Source of the DNA: Wallemia ichthyophaga EXF-994
Lineage: Eukaryota > Fungi > Basidiomycota
Direction: 5' to 3'
DNA length: 32,000 nucleotides
NCBI RefSeq assembly: GCF_000400465.1
Contig: NW_008806276.1
Location: forward strand, 1 to 32,000
Below are positions 20,869 through 32,000 of this stretch, piece by piece (the first letter of the stretch is position 1; every line of letters starts with the position of its first letter). The notes under the pieces were generated by a model, which was given only the letters and a program-made list of their open reading frames with translations, ran no database searches and was not told the DNA's origin. The translations under genes were made by a program, and so were the position numbers.

Positions 20869-21356
20869 CAAGCGTTTGGCGATGCAGAAAACCGCCTCAG
20901 TAAGCTCGGGCTGAGTATTGGCAAATTAAACAACGAATATTTTGAAAAATACTTCAGCAAATCTTCAGACAGTTACACACGATCACTCTCGAACAAAGTA
21001 CAGGCCAAGGAAGAGAAAGTCGATAGAGGCTTTGAAAAGACAAAGCAGCTTCTATTTAGCTAGTATGGTACCTCAAAAAATACTGATAGTCTAAAGGTCG
21101 TAATGTACAACAGCGTTACCGATAAATCCGACCAAACAGCCCTATCTTCAGTGGCTATCGACAAGCCCCAAATGTGGTTCTTGAGAAAAAGCGAAATGAG
21201 CTTCTCAAAGCTGCGTTTAGTTTGATTAATTTCGAGGGCGCATCTGAATACGTCGTCGACATATACATAAGAGCGTGGGCAAGGTATCTTTCAAAACAGG
21301 GTATAGGTGGCGTTTATGCACCTGTTTGTCGAGTCAAGGCTCTCTCAAAAGACTAA
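20869..21356 (+). pseudogene. Decayed coding remnant of unknown family
   Basis: About 160 codons with only one stop (TAG 21061-21063) and one frameshift (near 21172), which is unlikely for AT-rich non-coding DNA. Protein-like composition (QAFGDAENRLSKLGL...ELLKAAFSLINFEG). Confidence 0.35.
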
Positions 21357-22080
21357 CGGCCATAAAAATAAAGAGAATATTATGTTACGACAGGGTGATC
21401 GCGCATTTGTACAAAGTGTGTCTAAGATTTGCCAACATAGCTTAGATGGTTAAATAACCCCGTGTGTGTCTGCTCAACAAGCTGGCTATATCAAGGTGAG
21501 TAAGTAGTAAGACTCGAGCGATCGAAAAATGTAAATCACCTGTATAGAGCCGAATAAATGAGAATTCGGGTGCTTGAAGCGTCTATCGCTTAGTAACGTT
21601 GGTTTTTGTCGACAGACTAAGCCAAGTCTTCCGTATCTATCCTATAGAGTGCTCCAGGCTGATGTCGGATTGCATTCTCCAAAAAGCGTGTAGAGCGCAG
21701 TTGGAGCCTCAGAAATATAATTCTGGCGAAATGTTGTAGAGCTTATTCAGGGCTGTTTTCCCAAACTTTTTTATTTGGAGATGATCAAACCTCGTAAATC
21801 AGCCATAGTATGTCCATTGGTATGTTGATATGCGCGGTTAATAAGATCTTAAGTACGCGTCAAGCGACTTGAGATATAATGAGTGCTAGGACTATGCAAC
21901 AGACAATACATCAGCGTCTACAATCACATCACAGACGCGGCTTAGTAGCGCTCTTTGTGATTACAGCAGCGGCAACTTTTAAGAAGCGGGATTGAAATAA
22001 CATCAAACAAGCAAATCCCAATTATTTAATTAAACGCTCATTCCTAATCTCATTTCTCGTCTCCTCTATCACAAACTGCC

Positions 22081-24659
22081 ATGGCGATTACAGTGACGCC
22101 TCTTGCAGGCTCTGGGAGGGCGACGAGCGGGGAAATGAAAACCAGCGAGCCGCTTTGCTACCTGATGGAGATGGATGGCGCGCGGATATTGCTTGACTGT
22201 GGGAGCAGAGATTGGGAGGCTAATGCGAACCCGGAATTTGGATACGAGCGGGCGTTGAAGGAGTGAGTGGGGATTGCACGCATTCTAAAGGCTAACAGAC
22301 CGCCCCCAGTATCGCCCCGACTGTCGACCTGGTGCTGATATCGCACGCCTCCACCAAACACAGCGGTCTGTACGCCTACGCATACACGCACTACGGGCTC
22401 ACCTGCCCAGCGTACTGCTCTCTGCCCGTCAAGGAGCTCGCCCGGCTGACGACGCTCGAGGATATCATCGGTTGGCGCAGCGAGAGGGAAATTACCGGGG
22501 AGAAGGCAAGCGAGTCTCCAGACGCAACAGACCAATCGCATTCGCCCCTCTTCGTTCCTACCAGAGAAGAAAACCGCTCAGCGTGGTCGGCAGTCAAGGA
22601 TGTGCGCTATCATCAACCACAGCATCTTTACGGCAAGCTACGCGGTGTGACGATAACGGCGTACTCCTCCGGCCACACGTTGGGAGGCACGCTCTGGAAG
22701 ATCCGCGCGCCCTCCGTCGGCACCATACTCTATGCAGTCGGGCTCAACCACATGAAAGAGCGCCATCTTGACGGCACAGCGCTGATACGCGGTGACCAGG
22801 GGGGTCTGAGCGTGCACGAGCAGCTAGTGCGGCCTGGACTCGTCATTACCGACAGCGAGCGCGGTGACTGCGTCAATGCCAAACGCAAGGACAGGGATGC
22901 AGCGCTGCTCGACTTGATCAACCGCACTCTCCAGAACAGCAACTCCGTCCTACTTCCATGTGACCCCACCACGCGTATCCTTGAGCTACTCGTCCTCCTC
23001 GACCAGCACTGGTCGTATATCCGCGACAAGCAGCCATCCTTCCGCGTCCCACTCTGTCTCATCAGCAACACGGGCAACGACATGCTCAAGTTCGTCCGCG
23101 GTCTGATGGAGTTCTTCGGCGGGGCTACTGCTGCTGGCGACAACACCCTGCGGCAGGGCAGGGGAGTATTAGAATTCAAAACACTCAATATATTCACCTC
23201 AGTTGACGCTCTCGAGGCGACCCACCCGAACACCCCGAAAGTCGTCCTTGCGGTGCCGCTTTCCATGTCTTATGGCAGTTCGCGTAGGCTGTTCAGCTCT
23301 TTTGCAAGCACGCCGGGCAACGCGGTAGTACTGACCAGTCGCGGGATGGCAGGGTCGCTTGCGCGCGACATATTCGACCGCTGGAATAGCCGCCAGGGCG
23401 ATTCGCAGTGGGGCAGCGGGAGGCTGGGCGCGATGGTACATGGTGATTGGCGGGTTAACATTACACAGCACTCGAAAATTCCTCTGCTGGGCCAGGAGCT
23501 GGAGGCGCACCAGGCGAACGAGCGTCTCGCGCGCGAGCAAGAGGCAGCCAAACAGGCTGCAGATTCGCGACGCCGCAGGATGATGGAAGCGGATGCCCAG
23601 GAGGCGGACGAGGAGGAGGAGGAGGACGATGAGGACGACGATAAGGACTCAGACAAGGAGGATCAGAAGGAGGAGGAGGTGCAGCAGGTCAGCTTCGATA
23701 TCTTCCTCAAGGGTCACTCGACCCGCGGTGCAACCTCCTTCTTCAAGACCGCGCAGGGTTCCGCACCGCGCTTCAGGATGTTCCCTTTTAACGATACGAA
23801 AAGAAAAATGGATAGCTACGGTGAGGTGATTGATGCTGATAGTTGGGTGAGCCGGGGTAAGGAGATGGAGCGCCAGGCTATCGAAAGGGATCAGGAGCAC
23901 GAAGCTAAACGGAGGAAGATGGAGGAGGAGGCAGACGCGACTCCCATAGAGCCACCCTCAAAATACATAAGCGAGCAAGTGGAAGTAGATGTGCGATGTC
24001 AGATCATGTACGTCGATCTTGAAGGTCTTAACGACAGCAGGGCGATCAAGAATATAATGCCCCGTCTCAACCCGCGCAAGATGATTCTCGTAGGGGGTTC
24101 TCACTCTTCATCCCACTCGCTTATCGGTGCATTCGATGCCATATCGGCCATGACCAAGGATATATACGTGCCTGCTATGGGCGAAACGGTAACGATTGGC
24201 GAGCACACGCACAGTTACACGTTCACTCTCGGGGACAGCCTCGTTAATAGCGTGCATATGGCTCCATTCGAAGATTTTGTCGTAGGTCACGCCATCGGCA
24301 CGATGAAATACCATGAAGAGGCCCTCGTGCCGACTTTCGAAGAAGCAGATGCGCGTGCTGCACAGGACAACTCACGCGCATTGCCCACATCTCTCTTTAT
24401 CGGCGACATGAAATTGACAGCTCTCAAAGCCAAGCTGGTGGGGCTGGGAATGAGTGCTGAGTTTGGTGGAGAGGGTGTGCTGATATGCTGGAATGACAAG
24501 GATGGTGCTGAGGATAATGCAGACGGTGCAGTGGCCGTGTCGAAGAATACCAACGGTGAACTCAACATTACGTCTAGTTTGATAGGTGATGGTGACATAT
24601 ACTACACGGTACGCGAGGCTGTGTACGGGATGCATGCTGTGATACCGACGCCAGCATAA
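22081..24659 (+). CDS. CPSF2: Cleavage and polyadenylation specificity factor subunit 2 (CPSF100/Cft2), about 843 aa, 2 exons (22081-22262, 22310-24659)
   Basis: Inactive metallo-beta-lactamase/beta-CASP layout: PLCYLMEMDGARILLDCG, DLVLISH, SGHTLGGTLWKI, NHMKERHL, FRMFPF, SYGEVID, YVDLEGLNDSRAIKNI. Intron of 47 nt, GTGAGT...CTAAC...CAG, phase 2. Confidence 0.95.
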
Positions 24660-24745
24660 CACGAGAAGAAAAAGAAAAAGAGTATTGTAGATTATTTAAG
24701 GGTATTTCAAAAGTGTATTTCAAATACCACCACATCACACTCCAT

Positions 24746-25658
24746 ATGGAAGGAAAACTGCAACAATACCCTAATCCAAACAAGTCGCCAAATCTAGGAC
24801 CGCTTCCTATGTTCTTGAGCGGCGACAAGGCGTCTGCACAAGTGGTGGTGTTTGTAGCGGGGCTGACGAACACGCTACTGAGTGTGCCATACGTCGCGCC
24901 ACTGAGCGAAGCACTGGAGAGAGAAGGCTGGGGGCTGTGCCAGCTGTTAACCAGCTCTTCAGGCTACGGCTTTGCGCATGGTTCACTAGACCGGGATGTG
25001 CGAGAGATATCGAGTGCGCTGGGCGAGCTGCGCAAGCTTGGGTGGGTGTGGATTGTATTAAGAGGGGTGCATAGCAGCTCACGCTCGCCACAGCAAGCAA
25101 AAGATAGTGCTTATGGGCCACAGCACAGGCTCACAGGATGTGGTGCACTACCTTACCGCCGACGGACAGCGTGAGCGTGTAGACGGCTGTATTGCTCAGG
25201 CTCCCGTCAGCGATAGAGAGGGGATTGACGATGGTATAAGGTCGCATATCCCCCTCGCTCTGCAGATGATGAAAGAGGGGAGGGCTGATGAGGCTATGCC
25301 GCGCGATAGCTGCAGCTGGTTCGCTACACCTATCACAGCTTATCGCTTCCACTCCCTCTTTGCAGAAGGTGGCCAAGATGATTACTTCACTAGCACTCTC
25401 CCGGATGATGCGTTTGAGCGCGTGTTCAGTAGACTGAAAGCACCATTGGCTCTCATTTTCAGCGGCGCTGATCAGTTTGTGCCCGCTAGCGTGGATAAGG
25501 AAGCGCTCGCGAGGCGTATGCAGAGTTGTGGCGGCGAGAAAATCAGAGTAAGCACAGTCGTACCAGATGCCAAGCATGACTATCAGGGGGGCATGGATGG
25601 CAGCAGGCCGACACTAAAACTAATTGAGGTGGTTTTGGAGTTTTTAAAGGGCTGTTAA
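24746..25658 (+). CDS. DUF1749 / UPF0613-type alpha/beta hydrolase, 2 exons (24746-25041, 25094-25658)
   Basis: VVFVAGLTNTLLSVPY, LLTSSSGYGF..GSLDRD, nucleophile elbow MGHSTGSQD, IAQAPVSDRE, GGQDDYF, GADQFVP, AKH. Intron of 52 nt joins LG-KQKIVLM. Confidence 0.85.
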
Positions 25659-25694
25659 CATATAGAATGCATGTTAGTTTTCTACAAAACACTT

Positions 25695-26525
25695 CTACTC
25701 TTGTTTTACACCACCCTGATTACCCCTCCCACTCCACCACACAGCCCACGCAGCTTGGATGGCAGCTAACGGCGGACAAAGCCACTGGAGAAGATACCAA
25801 TAGCGCGTCCTGGCGCACCACTCACTCACCACGCCATCCACCTCTCTATACGTCTCCTCCCTGCTGCTATCGTTGTGCACCACCTGATCAGCCATATCGA
25901 CCTTGACGTCGATGGGGAGCTGTGCGGCTATCTTCTTCTGTGCATCGTGCTCGCTGATGCCATCTCTCTGCATGAGTCTGTGCAGCTGAACATCTTGAGA
26001 AGAATAAACCAGTGTCCTCACCCCCACGTAACGATGCAGATTGGCTTCAAAGAGGAGGGGCACATCGAGCACGACGACACGCGACAGACTCGCATAAGCC
26101 TTGAGCACCTGATGAGCTGAGCGGTAAGCAGTGCACTCGTTTCACAGCGCTCACCCACCTCCCACGCTGTCCGCTTGAGTATTTCCGGGTGGAGAACACT
26201 CTCTATCCACTTCTTCTCGGCCTTGTCGTCGAAAAGGATACGCGCGAGTGCTGGGCGGTTAAGAGTGTGTTGATTGGATGGCTCATCCCATTTCAACACT
26301 CTGTCGCCGTAGCGGTCGGCTATGCTGCGCAGAGCTGGGGTGTTTGGCTCAACGACCTGCCTGGCAACGCTATCTAAATCAATCACTCGCAGCTTGTGCT
26401 CCTCTCTTAGTCGCTGCGTCACTGTCGATTTACCCGTGCTGTGTGGACTGTTGAGTCGTTGTTATAAACTGCGCACTCCAGACACACGCTATTCCGCCAG
26501 TTAATCCAACGACTAGCATCAACAT
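25695..26525 (-). CDS. CAB5: Dephospho-CoA kinase (CoaE family), 3 exons (26525-26488, 26438-26159, 26108-25695); start may be 26519
   Basis: VGLTGGIA|TGKSTV P-loop, VIDLD..ARQVVEP, LNRPAL, VLDVPLLFE, RLMQRDG, AQLPID, and a hydrophobic C-terminal anchor as in fungal Cab5. Introns of 49 and 50 nt keep the frame. Confidence 0.93.
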
Positions 26526-26795
26526 AGTCAGCTGTGTCTGATGCTATGATGCTATCCCATTCACCCACCCAGCATCCTGATTGTACAAAGTCAAGAAATC
26601 TCAAACCAACGAGTCACACGATTCAAACTACATCTAATTCTCGTTTGTACTTTATCAATCGGTCAATGTGTAAAAAGAAAGCTCGGTGAAAAATTAGGGG
26701 AAAAAGTGGAAAGTGAAAAAGTCAAAGTGAAGAAATCCATTTGGTATATCTTGTATTACTCTAGCAACTATCCAAGTTGCTGTTTTTATTGGTGT

Positions 26796-27928
26796 TTACT
26801 GTGCCATCTGTGCATTTATCAATGACGATTTCCTCTTATCCACGTCCTCCTGCACTCCGTACAAAGACAATCTCTTATTAAATTGAGACAGCGAATCAGC
26901 AAAATCGTCAGCATGGCTCGTCAGCCCGAGCACCTCCTTAGGACACACCCCTTCCATGCCCTTAGCCAAGTGGTGGATGGAGCACCAACCATCATCCCAC
27001 TCCCTGACAATATGCACCTTATCGCCTGGTATGAGCATAATCTCATCTGGCAGACTAGGAACGAACTGCGTAGTAGCGGTAGCTTCTCGTCCTTGCGTGA
27101 TTGAAATCTGTGAGTTAGTTAGTTGGTTGGTGATGCTTTTCGAACAACTCTGCCACCCACCGGCATTGGTATGTAGGCAGATGAACGCTCTACCGTATTG
27201 TCTAAAGGCGTTGGCGAAGTTATCTCCTCTGGTATGACGGGTCCACCGCCGAAACTTGCATTTGATTGTCCAACAAGGCCGCGATCGCCAGTGAATTGCA
27301 TCCTAGAACCCCTCTGCAGAGTCTTCTCCTGCCTCTTGCGCTTCTTGAAGATTACCAGGCTGATTAACACGAGGATGGCTATGAATGCGGCTATTCCAAC
27401 GCATATACCCGCTATGCTGCCGCCAGAGAGGCTATCAGAGGAGTCTTCGATGTTAGCTGTGTTGTCGGGGGTGGAAAGTGATGTGTTTTCTGGTGAAATC
27501 GTTTCTGAGGGGGTTGTATTTGATGGGGATGTGTTCGATGATGATTTGTTTGATGGTGATACGCTCGGTGAAGTTTCTGGAGAATTTTGATTGCTTTCTG
27601 TGGTATTATCCTCTTGTTCGGTTGAATTTGCGTTTGCGACTGGATTTTGCGTATCTTGAGTATCTTGAGTATCTTGAGTATCTTGTGTGTTTGGTGTATC
27701 TTGTGTATCTGGCGTATCTTGTATGTTCAGTGTATCTGGTGTATCTGGTGTACCTTGTACATCTTGGGCACCCTGCGCACCTTGCGTTACTTGGGCAACA
27801 GGAGGAGGACTGTCTGCAGTAGGTGAAGCAGTGGGAAGAATATTCGCAGGAATTCCACGCCTAATCATCCTCGACGCCTTCCTCTCCCGCCCGTGGTTAT
27901 GGTAATGATTGTGAATTGAACTCTGCAT
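26796..27928 (-). CDS. Single-pass membrane protein: S/T/Q/D-rich N-terminal region, TM helix, C-terminal SH3 (Fus1-like architecture), about 359 aa, 2 exons (27928-27161, 27107-26796)
   Basis: TM segment GGSIAGICVGIAAFIAILVLISLVIF followed by KKRKR; SH3 FVPSLPDEIMLIPGDKVHIVREWDDGWC...EGVCP; intron of 53 nt, GTGGGT...CTAAC...CAG, phase 0. Confidence 0.85.
27651..27794 (-). repeat. 9-bp coding minisatellite, about 16 units, encoding (QDT/PDT/QGA)n
   Basis: GTATCTTGA x3 then degenerating units (GTATCTTGT, GTATCTGGT, GCACCTTGC) in exact 9-nt register. Confidence 0.9.
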
Positions 27929-28115
27929 AAACGAGCGTATATTGTAATGTAACTATTTAATTGAATATCGTCCCGCGTTATTCAATCCTTTTTCTTTTTT
28001 TTTTCGTTTTCCCCGTTGGTTGCTCTCCTCAAACCACCTCGCCGCGTGCGAGCCTCAGTTTCACTTTAACGTCAGTGCATTCCTCGCTGAAAAGTATTTT
28101 ATTTATTTAATCTGT

Positions 28116-31100
28116 TTACATATTTACTGCTACGTATTTATTGCGTGCTGCTTTCTTCCCTTTTCGTTGTATTGGTTGTGTTGGTTGTGGTGCATTTGGT
28201 GTAGGTGGTGTTCCAGCAGGTGTTCCAGCGGGTGTTCCAGTAATTGCCGTACTTAGTGGTCGTGGTGGTGGCGGCGGCATTACACCCGCTCCACTCCCAC
28301 TCCCACTCTCTCCCTTAAGATCCATACTCACGCTGTTTTTCAGCGCACTCGCTCCCCGCGTCCCAGCCAATCCCGGCGACACAGTGCTAGAGCGTGGAGG
28401 TGGCGGTGGCATCCTAGGCGACGCAGCAGTCCCACCTTCACTCCCACTCTCATTCGCCTTATTCACCCAGCGCTTCTGATCAGGATCGTAGTAAAACGAA
28501 GACTGCTCACCCAGCTTTGCCTTTACTGGCCCTCCTCCTTGGTTTGTATTCTGCTCATCCTTCTTCCACCACCTGCTCAGCCAACTCGATGAAACTGATT
28601 GTTTGAGTTCTGTTGGGTTCGTTAGTATGGTGTGCTGGTCAATAACTCTCTTTACACACCTGGTCGCTTCTCCTGCCTTCCCTTGCTCTCTTTATTTTCT
28701 CCCTCTTTCTCCATCTTCTCATCCATCCGAGGCGTGCTGGCGGGAGTCGTCGAGCGCGAAAACCACCCCGACTTCTCTTGTTTACCGGGTGCAGGTGCAG
28801 GTGGTGGTGGCGGTGGAGGTTGATATGTTGCCGCAGTTTTCTCTTCTTCTCCATGATGCCCCTCATTATCCTTCTCTCTCATCTCTTTCGCTTTCTTGGT
28901 CGAACTGTTGCCGAAACCGAGGTCATCTTCCAATTCATCCGCCTCGTCTATTTCATCAATTACGCGAGGACTGATGTACGCATTTGCATTTGAATTCTCT
29001 GTCGTCGTTGTCGGGATTGGAACATCCATCGAATCCATAAGCGAGACGAAATTTCCTCCCTCACTTTCATCCAGTTCTTCAGGCGCATTAAAGTCTTCAC
29101 TCGCACTTGTCGAATGACCGAATGGCGATGTTATAGCTGGTTGAGCAGGTGGTGGTGGGGGTTGAGAGTGTGATGAAGGGGGCTGGGGGTGAGGCTTTAG
29201 CTGCGACTGTGATTGTGATTGTGACTGTTGCTGCGCTGGTGAAACATTCCGCACTGGTTGAGCAAGTGGTGGTGGTGGTGGTGGTTGCATTTGCGCAGGA
29301 GGCGGAGGTGGGGGTGGTTGCATCTGTTGAGTGGCAGGATGTGGTTGCATTGACGTTTGCAGCGGCATTTGCACATTCTGCAAATCTTTACCAAGCATCT
29401 CTCCATCTTGTGCCACCCCAACCCCATTAAATTCATCGCTAAAGGGCGGCGTTACAGCTGCACGAGTAAAGCCCTCTCTATCTTCACCCTCCATTGGTGA
29501 AGGAAGGTCGCGCAGGAGGTTGTGCATGTTACCTAGCCCGTTGGCGATGGTATTGGCATTGGCAGTGGCCACACCACCTAATCCACCCATTGCACTCGCA
29601 GCTCGAGGTTGTCCAAGCGCACTGCGTGCACCGGCTGCACCGCTAGCAATGCCAGGAGTGAGGTATGACGGGCTGTGTGAGGCGCGTCTATCGAGCAAGC
29701 TCATACCCTCACTCATACCCGCACCCGCGTTTTCACCAGCAGCATTACTATAATTGGGTAAATCAAAAGCCGAGACTGCGCGACTGAGTCGACCGTTCGT
29801 CGAAGACTCGTCTATGCTGGTAAACGTAGCGAAGGGGTCATCCTGGGTAGTTTTCTGTGCGTGCGTTGTTATAGCATTCTCGCCCTCTTCGTCATTCCCA
29901 GCTATAAATTTGGTCAGCTTCCCCTCCATGCTATTCCACAATGTGTCTAGAGAAGGACGAGCTATTTTCTTTGTTAGCCACGATTTGTCCGCTGTGTGCA
30001 GATGCGCTGCTAGTCTGTCGCTCAGTTCCTTTAGCTGGATATAAATGTTGGGGTGGTATTGGAGTTGCTTGGACATTTTGATAGATGTTGCTATTGCTTC
30101 ACAGTACCTGCGATTAGTAGTAGTCAGCTGGTGCATCTCGCCTTTAGCTACATCATGTATCACCTACCTATTCGCATCATGAAGTCGACCAGCTTCGGCG
30201 AGATGCCAAGCATGTACGAGTTTGTAAATCTGCAAGTGTGGCATACCGCTGTACTCGCCGCGCTTCACATGCGCCTTCATATGCGGATTGAGGCTGAGAG
30301 CGTACTCGAGAATCTCGCTCATTTCGCACGACTCGTCTGAGTAAGCGTTATGTGCGCACCCCACCAAATTGAGACGCACTTTGTCCACACTCTGCGCAAG
30401 TATGTAGACCGTGTGCGCGCCATCCACTTCACCCACCTCCGCAAGCCTGTCACCTAGCTCGGACAGCGCGTGTTGTGCATCGCTATTGTCTAGATTGGAG
30501 ACGAGCGTCGCGGCCGTCGCGCTCCAGTTGCGCGTGTCACTCGGTGTGTTTGTGCTCCTGAGCGTACCTGCAAAGAGACCGTATGCAACGCGCAAGCTGT
30601 CCCAGTTTTTGGTGTTGTGGGTGCTGCCTGTGTTATCGTTGCCACTGCCACTGCTGCTTGGCAACTCATACGCTATCAACGCACTCACAACCTCCGACCA
30701 CAGCTGTCTGTCGACGCATGAAGAAATGAGCAGAGCATGCGACCATAGCTTGTGCTCGAGTGCATACATGACCGCTTCGCGCTTGGCCCCCTTCACGAGG
30801 AATTGTTGGATTGCACCGAGATGGCCCGTCGTCGTGCAGTACGTCGCTACAATGTCCGCACTGTCTTCAACAGCATAGGGGGTCTGCGATGACGGGAAAG
30901 GCTTCATGTGTGGGGACGTCTCGTCGGCAGGCACAGTGATTTGGAGACCAGATGGAGCGCGTTTGTGGGAGTGCGCGTTAATGTCGTCCGAGATGAGTGC
31001 ATCACGTATTTCTTCACTTTGGCGGGAGCTCAAAATACCATCATGGATGAGCATTACCCTAAGCACCTTCAGCAGAGCCATTTTCGGATACGTTGCTCCA

Positions 31101-32000
31101 GTGCTTATCTTGTTATCGAGGTATCGCAGAACTTGGGACTTGGTGGTATGGGAATTGCCCAAGAGTGGGCCTGGGAATGGTGGTGAGAGGTCTGGGGGTA
31201 GTACGCTGGCCAATTCGGCAATGTTGACAGTAGACGGAGTTGGCTGAGACATGCCCAATGTTGAGGGAGTGAAGGGTGATGCTATGGGAGTTGAGGGGTT
31301 GTGGATAACCAGTTTGCCACCAAAACCGAAAGAGACTATTGGGGCGTTTGAGAAGGTGTCTTGGGTGGGGTGGGGTGTTTGACAGTTAGATCGTGGCTCA
31401 TACTGTTGTTGATTGGTCGCAAGACTTGGATCATACTGCTGTTGAACAGGTACGGCTGCTGGTGAAAGAGCAGGAGCAGGAGTAGTGTAAGCAGAGTGTT
31501 GTTCAGAATACAAATCAGACTGTTGCTCAGAGCCCCGCTCGGCAATCTGCCCAGAAAATTGCTCATAAAGTTGCTCGGGCTGTTGAGTGATTGCTGGTGG
31601 GGAGTAGATGGACTGAGGGTGCACAGGTGGGGCAGTTGGAGCTGCTGGTGGTGGTGGAGAGTATCCTGATTGTTTTGGCGGTGGCTGCGTAGGCGTGGAA
31701 TAGAGTGATTGTACTGGGGGTTGTTGAGTGGCTTGCTGAGTGGCATGTTGAGTGGTTTGAGTGGCTTGTTGAGCAGGTGGAACGTATACTGATTGCTCTG
31801 AGTATAATGGCTGCTCTGAGTACGCTGGTTGCTCTGGATAAGCTGGTTGCTGTTGAGCCGTAAGATAATGCTCCTGCGTTGGCTGTTGATAGAGATAAGA
31901 TGGCGTATACTGTGGTTGCTGTTGCTGCTGTTGCTGCTGATACTCCTCCTGCTGCCATGGATCATCTACACCAACGAGCTGCTCAAAAGGCTCCTGAGTT
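28116..32000 (-). CDS. SEC16: COPII coat assembly protein Sec16, 5'-truncated by the window edge; exons >32000-30168, 30107-28660, 28609-28116
   Basis: [71 protein letters not shown]|[35 protein letters not shown]...KRWVNK. The Q/P/Y-rich frame is open from 31999 to the first intron. Confidence 0.93.

Noticed and set aside
2000-21400. RIP-like hypermutation as the cause of the pseudogenes
   Set aside because: CA/TG dinucleotides remain plentiful by eye, and lesions include many indels and a TAC-to-TAA type change. A RIP-index calculation would settle it.
27651-27794. Repeat array as CRISPR-like or non-coding satellite
   Set aside because: 9-nt in-frame coding minisatellite with no spacers, in a eukaryotic gene.
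22158-31247. Numerous antisense and alternate-frame ORFs over CPSF2, the DUF1749 gene, CAB5, the SH3 gene and SEC16
   Set aside because: Expected shadows of GC-rich or low-complexity coding sequence; no motifs or splice support.
31336-31965. ORF-track entries 31563-31958 and 31336-31965 as separate genes or the SEC16 start
   Set aside because: They are shadow frames of the Q/P/Y-rich SEC16 exon, whose true frame is open to the window edge.

Overview
Eukaryotic (fungal) genomic DNA with short 42-62 nt GT-AG introns and very tight gene packing. The gene content is basidiomycete-like; a compact Wallemia-type genome is my inference, not proven. The window has three zones. (1) 1-1.97 kb: the 5' end of a disabled Ty3/gypsy LTR retrotransposon (minus strand; LTR, initiator-tRNA PBS, gag, CCHC, protease). 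It sits 22 bp upstream of an intron-containing tRNA-Ile(UAU) gene and carries a solo LTR of a second family nested in gag with a perfect 5-bp TSD. (2) About 2-22 kb: an AT-richer, gene-poor tract with only three clearly intact genes (a secreted cutinase-like CE5 esterase, an SDR oxidoreductase, a metacaspase). Between them lie decayed sequences: a pseudogene of Pol III subunit RPC82, a cutinase pseudogene, LRR-like remnants and a dispersed duplicated block. (3) 22-32 kb: dense core genes (CPSF2/CFT2, a DUF1749 hydrolase, dephospho-CoA kinase, a Fus1-like single-pass SH3 protein, SEC16 running off the right edge). The best leads are apparent tRNA-gene targeting by the retrotransposon, an array of four HMG-box-type sites in its LTR, and the dead RPC82 copy. 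All calls come from manual reading and motif recognition; no database search was run.
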